From assembly GCA_050575255.1 (NCBI GenBank), contig JBNZDD010013567.1, forward strand, positions 652,842 through 716,841: DNA of 64,000 bases, in the 5' to 3' direction. The notes beneath the pieces were generated by a model. That model was not told the origin of the DNA and did not search any database. It worked only from the letters and a program-made list of their open reading frames with translations. How positions within the stretch are numbered: position 1 is the stretch's first letter; each line of letters begins with the position of its first letter. Both the position numbers and the translations under genes were made by a program. Positions 51,031 to 62,755 of the stretch are shown here, piece by piece. Origin of the DNA: Harriotta raleighana. Its lineage: Eukaryota.

Positions 51031-52069
51031 TTTTATGTCATTATGACACAAAAAATGATTTAAAACAAACAACTTTAAAACAAACCAGGTTCACTGATAC
51101 AATTCTCAATAAGTGTTTTTTCTTTGTCAGAATCTATGTATAATCTGTAACTGTAGTTGAAACCGCTTAGAACATTTTGCTATGAACATTTGAGTTAGTC
51201 ACCGAGCACAATGATATACTGTACAGTATAGGTATACTAAATGCACTTACGTAAACTTAAATTCTCAGCTAGTGAGTCCATTTCAATGTTACCAAATATT
51301 TATATTTCTACCATTCAACACACATTAAAACAAACATTAAAGATGCAGCCTGCTCAAACCTACCACAGATAATGCAAATGTAACTACATTAGCCACCTTT
51401 AATGTGAGAATCCAAACTGTTCACTCAGATATTTTCTGATAGGGCTCTATTTCAGTAGCTAATCATTGTACTCCCTATATGCCAGCAATTAGGACATAAC
51501 CCTGTGGAGGCTTGCTTGGTTTTACTGTATAATATTTAGTAGGTGTCAGGGTACATTTGTTATAGGTTGTTTAAGGTACTTTTGGTCAGAATCAGTGACA
51601 TCTTCCGAAATGCAATGAGGCAACCATGGTGGAGGGGATTCTTGTAGTTTCAGCGGGTGCTTTTCAATGGTCAGAATGAGTGACCAGCAACTTTCATTAT
51701 CTTGAGGATGTCGGGTGGGTGAATGCAATCAATACTGTATTACACTTGTGTGAGATAAGAAGCATATTATTTTGGGACCATGATCATTGCATAATAGAGC
51801 TTTCCACGCAAACTGTCAAACACTAGTTGCATTATTTGTCTTAGCAACCTGGAATTGTGTCGTTAGAATAAAACATATAACCGATTACAATCCATGTACT
51901 ATTGATTGCATCGGACCAATTAGAATTATGTGCAATTAATTCCCTTGGCGTAATATTGAGTAAAATCTATTTTGCAATGAATGCTTGTACAATTTTTAAA
52001 AATTTAACCTCTTATGCTTCTGACAGTTTTTCAATAAACTTCAACTGTATATAAATAAAAAAACTTGTG

Positions 52070-52483
52070 TCAAACAACACTAAAGTACATCTCCTCTTCC
52101 ACGGTAAGTTTAGTGTCTTCCTTGTTGCCTTTGCTCTCTTGAGCCGGCGCCTTGGCTTGCTCCTTGCCATTGACTTCGGGGCTTCCGTTGATCGCCTCCC
52201 GTACCACACTGTAATTCACTGGGTTTCTGTATAAGGGACGGCTTGGGGTATCATTGTGGCGGCAGTGGCACAGTTTTTTGAAAGCAGATCTGAATTTCTG
52301 AGACATTAGGTTATAAATGACTGGATTGATCGCGCTGTTGGCATACACACAAAGTCTGCAGAATAAAAGGAACCAAGCATTGTCGTATTGTTTGTCTATG
52401 AAGGAGTTGACCACGACTATTGTCCTGTATGGCATCCAGAGCAAAGCAAAGAGAACAACCACCACAGCCAGCATCTTAGTAAC
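52070..52483 (-). CDS. TRHR2: TRHR2 coding exon 2 (TM6, TM7, C-tail; 137 aa plus stop)
   Basis: Acceptor tattttctccacag|GTT. Encodes [46 protein letters not shown] and a CxC palmitoylation motif (LCHC). Phase 0 join gives a 408-aa protein. Confidence 0.95.
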   Translation of the reverse strand, partial: VTKMLAVVVVLFALLWMPYRTIVVVNSFIDKQYDNAWFLLFCRLCVYANSAINPVIYNLMSQKFRSAFKKLCHCRHNDTPSRPLYRNPVNYSVVREAINGSPEVNGKEQAKAPAQESKGNKEDTKLTVEEEMYFSVV

Positions 52484-52602
52484 CTGTGGAGAAAATACAG
52501 ATGTTGTTTTAGTTTTTGAAAGTTGCCCAAAATTAAATTCAGTTTCCTCCTGAAATATATTGCCATGCACGTTTGACAACATATATTTCCTTCAAGTGGA
52601 GT

Positions 52603-52917
52603 GGAGCTCCTGTAGCTCAGTGGTTAGAGCACTCGCCTTACAAGCATGAGACCCGTGTTCAAGTCCAGGCAGGTCAGGGCAAAACCTTGGCCAAGTTTCC
52701 TTATTCCACACGCCTAATAATAAGCCATACAAAAAAAAACACAATGATAAAATTGATCATTTCAATCCATGGCTGTTTGTGGGACACTGCTGGGTGCAAT
52801 TGGCTGCCGCACATTGCCCACAAATATGCAATCAATTCACTTTGCAATGTATTCTGTGAAGCGATTTGAGATGTCAATAAGAAAAGTGCTACATCAAATG
52901 CAAGGATTATTATTATT
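52603..52917 (+). mobile_element. Full-length tRNA-derived SINE in the TRHR2 intron
   Basis: tRNA-like head with A box (tagctcagtggttagagc) and B box (gtgttcaagtcc); Deu-like body (gtttgtgggacactgctgggtgcaattggctgccgc); L2-like tail ending aaatgcaaggattattattatt. Confidence 0.9.
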
Positions 52918-53768
52918 TAAGGCAAATTTGTGTGGAATCTTAATTGTGATACCTTTACAGACTTTCGAAATATGCACTCACTGTTTTGAGGTTTTAATGT
53001 TTGTAGTAGGACAGTTTCCTATTTGTACAGCATTACTAAATATATATCTTCAATCAATGATGGGTTAGATCAGTAATTCATAACATAAAACATCAAGGAT
53101 TCACCCTGTTGTTTGTGCTAATTTCTCACTGGGCTCCAAGTGGGTCTTATAAGCACCCAATCGCTGAGAACCAGGAGATGGTGTATAATATTCTCTAAAC
53201 AAACAAAACAGAATGTTCTATTATCTTTCCTTCTGATTTTGCACCACTAAACGTTGAAGAAAGCGAGTTTTATTTCTGCTCAGTACTCTACAAGGCTGCA
53301 GCTCCAAACCATTAGGGAAATCAAATGAAATGGAAACCATGTGTCTGGTGGCATATTTAACTCTGCTATTTGAATCCATTATCTTAATAATTTGAAAAAC
53401 GTGCATCAGTTTATTTGGAAAATATAACCTGTTCTGTAATTTACCGTACAACCTGACAATCTGTATAATTGTGTGTTACTCTGGAGGGACTATTCCAGAT
53501 AAAGGCATTTTCCATTGTGTGGCTGACATGTATTTATGGGCGTCTGTTCCTCAGCATGGTAATGGGTTTCCATGTACAGTATGTCAGACATCCAACTGAA
53601 CAAAATAAATGCCGCTTTTTTACTTTTTTCCATATTTTGACTATTGTGGTTATTTCCTTCATCTTGTTTCCAGGCTATTTATTGGTATCATTTAGCTCCA
53701 AGAAAAAAATCGCAAACAAATCACAAACCTTATCTTTTGATCCGCTTCCCAGAGAACCACCACATTAC

Positions 53769-54581
53769 CTGTTTTCTGGATGAGATGGCCCCTTTGCTTA
53801 TCCGGCAGGAGACAGAGCTACCAGGAGCCCCCGAGCTCTTGAGTTCTGCCTCAGACCGCTCCTTCCAACTCTTAACTCCCATCTCGATTCTAGTTGGAAT
53901 AGGACTGAGGAAGAGCACACGGCCGATCAATCCATATAGCACTGTGGCCACTACCAGAGGAATGACGTAGAAGATGGTGAAATCGATGAAATAGATGGGC
54001 AAGTATAGGTTCCGAGAGACCTTGTAACCACACTCGGCATGCTGCCTGCTGTTGATGTTGATGTCCACCAGAAAGAACCAGACCATGCAATAGAAAGAGG
54101 TGATGATCCAGAGGAAGGCGAGGATTTTCTTAGCTCTGGTTATGGTGCACATAGAATGGGCTTTCATCGGGTGGCAGATGGCGATGTATCTTTCCACGGT
54201 GAATGCTGTGATGGAGCAGGATGACACATTGATGCCCAAGTACTGCAGGTATGTGATGGCCAGGCAGCCTGCATGTCCATAGATCCACGACTCGGTCAGA
54301 CTGTCAGAGACATTGGGAAGCCCTGCGGCCACGAGGACCATCAGATCAGCCACCGCCAGACTGACGAGATAGCAATTAGTCGGGGTTCTCATGTGTCTTG
54401 TGGTCAGAACCACCAGCACCACCATCATATTCCCGATAATACCAATGCCACAGATGGTCAACACAAGCATCACTGAAACACTTTTGTATTCGATGGACTT
54501 GTAGATCAAACCAGTGTCGGCAGAAATTGGGTTTGCCAGGGAACTGTTTATGGGGGTTAGAAACCTACTCACGTTCTCCAT
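53769..54581 (-). CDS. TRHR2: Thyrotropin-releasing hormone receptor 2, coding exon 1 (N-terminus to ICL3, 271 codons)
   Basis: Strong Kozak context aaacgATGG. Class A GPCR motifs GN (TM1), LAVAD (TM2) and ERY; TRHR-family [31 protein letters not shown] and [14 protein letters not shown]. Donor at SSRKQ|gtaatg is the conserved TRHR intron position. Subtype 2 is called from [16 protein letters not shown] and adjacency to ZFPM1. Confidence 0.93.
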
Positions 54582-54649
54582 CGTTTAGACGTTCTTTACA
54601 GGTTTAAATATGTAATGGATTTAACTCCGATGAGAATGCTCCTAATCCG
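54582..54649 (-). other. TRHR2: Probable TRHR2 5' UTR portion of the ATG-containing exon
   Basis: Minus-strand acceptor ctttcattctgctattactttgattaattacag| 68 nt upstream of the ATG, with no upstream ATG in between. TRHR genes are known to have a 5' UTR intron. Confidence 0.55.
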
Positions 54650-55723
54650 CTGTAATTAATCAAAGTAATAGCAGAATGAAAGGTAGGTGCCTTGGATTAT
54701 GAAACTATTTATTTCAAATCTGACTCTGATTTTAACATACTTTATATCATACTGAAATTGTTAACTTGTTTAGTGGGGAGAATATTTGTTTGTTATTTAA
54801 AGTGTGTATTCTTTTCCTATTTTCTAACAATTTTCAGATGAGTTCTACGTATGCATAAAATAGAATTAGAGCATTGCTTAGTTTGAAATAATTCGATCAG
54901 TAATAAATTAACACAGCATTCTTGAGTTTATTTGCAGCAAATATACTTCTCATCATCAATATGCTCACTGTAAAAAAATTAATGAAATCTTACAAAAACA
55001 TCTCTTCACTGTACTATTTCACTTTTCATTAACTACAATTTGAAATGTACAACAGAATTTAATTTTTTACATCCAAGGGTCCCCCAGTGTGATTGATGGT
55101 TAAAAGTAGCTGCAAAATCAGTCACTGCGATTTACAGTAAATCCTATGAAGCAATTTGAAATGCCCAGCCGACATGAGAGATGCAATATCGAAAACGAGG
55201 ATAATTCAGTTCACTACCACACCAGATGTGTAAAAAAATTGCAAAAATAAACATTTGATTTAGTATCAATTTATTGTTTCAAAATATATAAACTCATAAC
55301 CATTAACCACTCATCGGTCAGATTTATAACAAAAACAAATTCACCAGATTAAATCTGACAAACTGACCTTTCAGATTCTAAAGTTCCAAATTATAAATTT
55401 TAAAAGACTTTCGCCCCACCTATTGCCAATCATCTTCCTTATTTACTTTACATTCTTCACGTGTAGGATATTTGAATTAAAAGATGCCAAAGATTGAATC
55501 AAAGACAAATTTAATGATTTGCTCTGGAAGTCAGAAGAAATAAAATCAATCCGTTTACCTCCTATATTCTGAAAACTTTCTTAGCGTTTAGTATTGTGGG
55601 GAGACTGCAGGAATATAAGATTTTTTAAATGTACTGTATATAGTAATTCTTTTCTGTTCCAGTTTCTGCATATTTTCTAAATGAATAACACACTTTCAAA
55701 TGATATTTTCAAAAGGGACATAC

Positions 55724-55914
55724 CTTACAGTAAAGTCCAGCTGTACACTTGAAACATCTGATTGTCTGTGAAACCTTGATTGCTTTGATTGGTTTTGGCT
55801 TCTGTTCGAACAGATTTCTGTGAAGGAGAAATTCAGAGCACCCCCTGCAGAAAACCTTTGAACAATTTGCTTCCAAGTCTATCTGACAGACCTGAGCACC
55901 CAGCTCTGATATAG
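55724..55914 (-). promoter_or_regulatory. TRHR2: Candidate TRHR2 core promoter and non-coding first exon
   Basis: Minus strand: TATA-like CTATATC at about 55914-55908, Inr-like TCAGAT about 29 nt downstream (about 55884), and a strong donor AAG|GTATGT at 55724/55723. Confidence 0.3.
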
Positions 55915-58212
55915 TCCCCTTCAATCAGCAACCAGTCACATGCTTTGATCTGAATTTATGTTTGTAACCATGGCTACGCAGCTTACACCGTATGTGCAAT
56001 TCAACAATGTATTCATCCAATATCCATCAGCTCCATGAACCAGACTAGTGTTAGGGTAGCGTATTTATTATATAGATCTTTGGATTATTATTAATATTAT
56101 TGTTATCTTATTCCATGGGTGGCTTTTAAACATATATTCAATTACAGATAGTTATATGTTCTGTTACTTTCATTAATGTTATGGAAAAGATGCATATTTT
56201 TCATTGCATGGTAAATGCACAGCTTGACAATGCAGGTCTTAAAGTTGGTGAGCTGTTTCCTCATTCTTTTACTCACATCTTAGAAGCTGTTTGCCCACGC
56301 CAACACACACACAACGACGCTCATTATCTTCTATTTTTTCCTGTCAGATAGGACTCAATGAATAATTCATTCATTCATTTGCAAAATACCTATTAACTCG
56401 AATGAAAGCAATGATAAAGATCAAACTTTTCAGAGATTTATAGGCAAATTGTATAATGCAATTGTGTGCCGTTTAAAATTGGTTAATTAAGCCATCCCAA
56501 CTAATGCTTTAGAATTAATTTAACCCTTTCAGAATTTTGGTTGCAATTTGCAGCTTTCAAAATTAACGCATCTCATCTCTCTGGCACAAAGGAGCTACTT
56601 AAGTTTCTTCAATAACACAAAATGTAGAGTTAGCAATACAAGTTATTTCTGAGAGTTCAAGCAACCAATGAAAGCTTTGAAAAGTTCCTCAGGTAGGTGG
56701 CTGATGTCATGAGTAGCTAAATAAGAAATTCCTGTGTTCACACAATTTACATTTACACAGTGCTTTTTCATCCACATGGAAGCCTAATAAGCTGGAGCGT
56801 TGGTCACAGTTGGCTACCCCCCTCAAGTTGAGGGCAAGAGGGATGAGAGCTGAAGGTAAAAGATAGGCTGGGGATGTACAATTGGGCTAAGTTTGCCAAG
56901 CAAAGGGGGCAGGCTGAAATGTGAGGCGAGGGGACAAAAACTTGGATTTATATCGAGCCCTCCTCGCCGAATGGCGTCTCAGGGACAGCACAGAGTTAGT
57001 TTTGAGGCAAGAAAGGAATTCTTGTTGAAGATAAAAGATCTTAAATAAATTTAGTCTGCTGGATGTCACAATGTTGACCTCTATTTGAATGGATAAATTT
57101 TATCCTGTTAATATATGAAAAAAAAACAGATGTGCTGCCTTGGACCACAGTAGCAAAGACATTTGTGGAATAAACTAATGGTGACTGACATTTTCGCCTT
57201 AAACCAAGATTCACAGTTCATAACATAAATTGTTTTAGTATTACCCTTTTCCAATGCGGTTATTAAAGCAGCATATTCTGCTAAAGAACACTGCATTTAC
57301 TGATCGCTATTTGTAGTGTTCATCAATCACAGGAAGCCTTTCATCTCATTGAATCTAAACTGATCAACAATTCTACACCCCTCTCGATCCCTACGGTAGT
57401 TATACATACACTTTAACAGAAGTCTCTTCCCAGTTCCCGTTACATACTATTGGGTGGAAGTTTAAAAGCTATAATTTTATGCAACACTTCAACGATCACA
57501 AGAACAGGTTCCACCCCCTTCATTTTCTAACGTGCTTGAAGGCGCTGCCATTTCCTCAGCCTTTTCTGATTAAGTGGCTGCCGGGAAGCTTCATTAGCAT
57601 GTGATTTGCATGTTTAAATGGTCATTGTGAAAGTGATGTCAGATTCTGATGAGAAATACCATTTTGACAAATAATTGGGATTAAATGTCACTCATATCCC
57701 ATCTCAGCATCCCACAAGCTTCCTCTCAAACCTTTCAAATTGTTACAATCTATAAATATATATGTGCAAACGGAAAATCTCTTAATATCCCAAGAAAATG
57801 TACTGTACTTCAATAGTGCCATCTTCTGTCAGGTATTGTGAATATGACGATTTAAAGCTGCCAGGTACATAAAAATAAAAAGGTACGCTTTTAGTGAACA
57901 AAATTGCTCCAATCTATGTGGGATTTGAGTCATTGGAGTATCTGAACTTAATAACATGATCAGTAAGTTATTATGCAAAATACATTGGAACATCCAGAAA
58001 ATACTGATCCAAGCTCTGAATACTGAAGTGTCCTTTGCAGGCATTTTACTCCGTGTAGCGTTTCAACAACGTGATAAGGTGCTATATCAAATGCAAGGAT
58101 TATTATTACTGTATTATTTACTCACCTTGATTTGCACATCAGGGAATATCTGTTACTAACCCTGTGTGAGTGAGAAGGGTAGGAATATTTTAGGAGGCCG
58201 AGGTGTCTAAAG

Positions 58213-58506
58213 CAGTGGTTCCCAACCTTTTTTGCTGTGATCCTACATTGGCCTGCAACAGGTCCTCCAGATTCTTACTGCGCGACTGAAGCAAAGCTCA
58301 GCCAAAATGATATCTTCTTCTCTTTTCTGGACCCAGCGCAACTTGCCGGTACAGTCTTTCATACAAATTGGTCGGCGGTGTTTCCTCGGGCACTTTTCAG
58401 CATTAAAAATGCATTTTCTGCATTAAAAATTTCTGATGACCCTTCATGACCTCCGAGGACCCCTGCGCCCCTGATGTGGGTTGGGACCCGAGGTTGGGAA
58501 CCACTG
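58213..58506. mobile_element. hAT (Charlie-type) MITE, 294 bp, intact ends
   Basis: TIRs CAGTGGTTCCCAACC ... GGTTGGGAACCACTG with a perfect 8-bp target-site duplication GTCTAAAG (58205-58212 and 58507-58514). Confidence 0.95.
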
Positions 58507-60593
58507 GTCTAAAGGATGATTCATCCTAGGTACCATTTGGAATTCAGTAAAAAAAAATTCTATTCAAGGAAGAAAAATGGTAGTCCAGTTTCTTTTCACA
58601 ACAAATGACCATTACGACAAATAGCTTTGAGACCCTGACATAAGCTATAATTAAATCTCCCCAATTAGCCAAAAGTGAACAATAAATACCAGATGTTTAC
58701 CATGTTTATGCCATTTATATTTTTGTGTACAAATAGGACAGAAGCTATCAAGAACCCACACCTTTATATCATTTAATTTGAAAAGGACAAGTGCATCTTT
58801 TCCATACAGGCACAACTCAAAACGCTATCATAGCATCATATACAGTATATTTACAATTAGTCAGTTCAGGTTTTGTTGACAACAGATTGAAAGTAATACA
58901 ATTTTAAAAATGCAGTACTCATTTACAAAATACATAAATCTGTTTTATGTACTCTTGAAAATATACATAAAAGTAGTAAAGTAAGATCTCAAATTACAGT
59001 AAAATATTTCCAGGATATATGTAAATGGAAAAAAATTTAAATGACCAAGAAATTCAAAGGCACTGCTGAACATCTGTGGACTTTTAGCTGCATTCTGTTC
59101 TAGTGACTTAACACTGTAAGCAAACAGAGCAAAGAGCACAAGTGACCGTCAATGAGGAAGCATGAAAAAAATCTGTCATCGGTATCTTCAAACTGCAAAT
59201 CTATTATTAATTGTTTTATTTGCCACCAATTTGACTAGATGTGCAACTATTTCCGTTTTTATGATCTTGGAATGTACACCAGTAACAGTAGATATTTCTG
59301 ATATATGTAGTACTGCACAGGCTTCTGTTTTGAGTAATCACTTGCAGCATTACATCAAGAATGGCAGAATGCAGCTGATATCCCACTAAATGCTGACAGT
59401 ACCAGTAACTTTACTAGAACTTAAAAAAAGTACAACAGTTTATCAATAACATTAGGCATGACCTTTAATGTTGTTTACCCTTTCACCACCTTCGTGCCTG
59501 TACCTCTTACAATGTAGTATAGTACCTTAAGGTAGCTATAATTTATTACCCCAACTGGTGTTGATACTTCCAGCAAAGAGTAGCAAATCAGGAAAAGACT
59601 GTATCCACTATTAACACAATAACAAATGGAGGTTTCCCTAACAGGTCCGTTTTTCAGCTGCTCAGTTTAATTATTCAGCGTTTTAATCCTTAAAAGTGTA
59701 TGTCTTGCTGGTCTTCCAGGAAACAACACAACACATATTCTTTAACCTTTTAAAGTATAAAGTTGGTTTCAAAATGTACTTAACCTCCATAAATCTAAGA
59801 AAATCTTTAGATGCAGATGCAAGGTGAAGAGCAGAAAGATTAATTGTTTCTTATTTTCATCTTCAATCAATTATTCCAGCTATGAAGCCTCTAATACACT
59901 GAATTTACAGATTTATCATCAAATATAAATATCCATCCGCAACAGTAAATTATATCCCCATTGTTGGATATGCAGTGGCTTGAGAATAACTGAACAATTA
60001 CAACATTCTACATTAAAATGTGTGGATAGTTATATTTTACTTTCTAATCTCACTAAAGTAAGCAGGGTTCCAGAAAATATTGATGTCCTACACAAAAGGT
60101 ACATGGGATTTGTAATGGACATGTCTAGAATTCAGGGCTTTGGTTATATGAACAACTTTTTAGATCAGCTACTTTGAAACTTTTTCTTTATTCTGACGCT
60201 TGCTAACAATTTCACAACACATGTTCTAGAAGTAGAAATGGTTTGAACGCAGGGGCTTATTTACAAATAATCAGCTCTAATTTCTCAATAGTTACTAATT
60301 CCTATCCAGTGTGGAGATGTTTAACGATAGGGTGTATGGATTCAACAGTTGATTGGGAATTATTATGCAAATGCTTGTTCATAAGTGAAACTGTATATTT
60401 TTAGAATTATCCGGTTGCTTGAATTAGTGAAATGATATATTGAAGTACAGGTTACATATCAGAGAATGCTTATCAACAAAAAGTGAAGGTCAGGGTTTGT
60501 GCAATTGCCCTATTGCTCCAATATTGCCAATATTGCCAATATTCTCATCTGTCCTGCCAGCAGCGCTCATCTCACCCTGTACATCTCACCCTG

Positions 60594-60893
60594 NNNNNNN
60601 NNNNNNNNNNNNNNNNNNNNNNNNNNNNNNNNNNNNNNNNNNNNNNNNNNNNNNNNNNNNNNNNNNNNNNNNNNNNNNNNNNNNNNNNNNNNNNNNNNNN
60701 NNNNNNNNNNNNNNNNNNNNNNNNNNNNNNNNNNNNNNNNNNNNNNNNNNNNNNNNNNNNNNNNNNNNNNNNNNNNNNNNNNNNNNNNNNNNNNNNNNNN
60801 NNNNNNNNNNNNNNNNNNNNNNNNNNNNNNNNNNNNNNNNNNNNNNNNNNNNNNNNNNNNNNNNNNNNNNNNNNNNNNNNNNNNNNNNNNNNN
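60594..60893. other. Scaffold gap (300 N)
   Basis: Run of N; preceded by the start of a catctcaccctg tandem repeat. Confidence 1.
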
Positions 60894-61875
60894 AGAAAGA
60901 AGGCCTGATTAGAATTTAGCTGCAGGCGCCTCCTACAAACAGAAAGCATAATATGTTAGAAGCAATCATTTTAATTGATTGATAATTTCCCTCTATTTAA
61001 TCAATGCAAATCCATGCTTGCTAACAGTTCAATGTTCTAAACTTCAAGCAGCTGAGGAGGAAATGTTTCCCCTTCCTTTGCTGAACGTTCCAGGATGCAG
61101 ACTCACAACGGTTGAGCAGTACAACACCAAAATATCAATTCATGATAAACACACACTGAGTTTACAATAGTTTGTACATGTAATATGAGATAATACAATT
61201 TAAAACTGCATGCTGGAAATTAAGATTATTATTCACAGATGCATTCATCTGAATCACTGTGTTCATTTTTCAAATCAAATATAACCGTAAAAGATTTTTC
61301 AATCTAAGATCGTTATCCAAATTATTGGATTTACAAGCCTGTATAAAGAATGGAAAACAAACACAAATGCTGTTTTGCAGTAAAATGAAACCAAATCTGG
61401 CGAGTTTTTATTTAGTTCCTAGTGATCAAGGGACAACAGCAATGCACACACTGAGTGCTTGAAGCAGTAAATGTTTCATTCTCTAGAACTGATATTCACT
61501 TTGATAAGCACTGAAATGTATTGGGGAAAATGATATTACATTACCTAGTAGCATCATTCATAATACTCGAGTGATAAAACTATATGTGGGCACTGAAGAA
61601 ATGTTAATAGAAAAGATGTTAAGGTAAATTATGGACATTAAATTCTATTTTCGATCCCTACATAATTATGTCCAATGGCAATATGAGATTGACAGCACTG
61701 ACATGACTATATAACTAACAATAAAATGTACAACAATGGCCGGAAAATCATTCAATGGTACAATCAGTAAGTTTCTCAACAATTCCAAAAAGTTATTGAA
61801 TAAGGAAAACAATATAAGAACCTCTAACATGGAACAGAGCATTCCAAGCCATTTCTCTGTTCAGAATAGATCTTA

Positions 61876-62007
<132 letters not shown>

Positions 62008-62034
62008 TTATTTTCTGGCAAAAGTCCTTCTATA

Positions 62035-62755
62035 CAGGTATCCTCCCATTTACGATGGTTCTATTTATACTGTTTTGATTTAATGAACATAATTTTTTTA
62101 ATACCTTTTTATCGATATACAACATTTGGTTTCATTATAACAACAAAAAATTTGGCGCATTTTTTCATGCATATTTTGCGGTAAAATCGCAGTCGTACAC
62201 TGCATCCAAGCGTTTGAACTGGCCAATAGCAGGTTGCTACGTCAGTGGTTCCCAACCTTTTTTTGCTATGACCCAAATTAGCCTCCCACCACTAGAGGGC
62301 GATATCACGATTGACGCTCAGCTTGTGGACTCAGCTCTTTTGTAAGTACACTCTTTATACAAATTGGTTGGCAGTGGCATTTTTTTTAGTGTTAAAAGCT
62401 TTTTTCTAGCGTTTTTGATGCGACACCACACAATTTCCAGCTTCTACCCCATTTCTATAATGTCAGAAAAGAGACCATAAGTGAAATGAGCAGCAGTAAT
62501 ACTGCTAGCGGTAAAAACAAACGCAAAATCATTACTTTAGATACTAAATCTTGCCCATGTGTGTTATTTTGTGTGTTTTGTGTGTTATTTTGTGTTATTT
62601 TAGTGGGTTTAAGGTCCCAAAATTTTGTCAAAAGAATACATCTCAGGTCATATAATGGGACAGCATGGGAAACCACCTTCCAATTTATGACATTTCGAGT
62701 TAATTACGTGACATTTTTCAGGAACGCAACCCTGTCGGAAATCAGGGGATACATG
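62035..62755 (+). mobile_element. Internally deleted Tigger/pogo element with transposase N-terminal remnant
   Basis: TA|CAGGTATCCTCCCATTTACGA ... TCGGAAATCAGGGGATACATG|TA (16/21 TIR match). The ORF at 62486 starts MSSSNTASGKNKRKIITLDTK, like the KRKxITLxxK start of Tigger/CENP-B-type HTH domains. Confidence 0.7.
62243..62400 (+). mobile_element. Truncated copy of the hAT MITE nested in the Tigger-like element
   Basis: Left TIR CAGTGGTTCCCAACCTTTTTT and internal tacactctttatacaaattggttggcagtg, homologous to 58213-58506. No right TIR is seen, so the end coordinate is approximate. Confidence 0.7.

Noticed and set aside
52603-52675. tRNA gene-like sequence (also at 21760-21829, 23820-23888, 29348-29415)
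   Set aside because: Each continues into the same SINE body and tail and the copies are diverged; these are SINE heads, not tRNA genes.
56975-56995. REST/NRSE site upstream of TRHR2
   Set aside because: Only a right-half-like GGACAGCAC is present; the TCAGCACC half is missing.
60440-60949. ORFs spanning 60440-60949
   Set aside because: They are open only because they run through the N gap.
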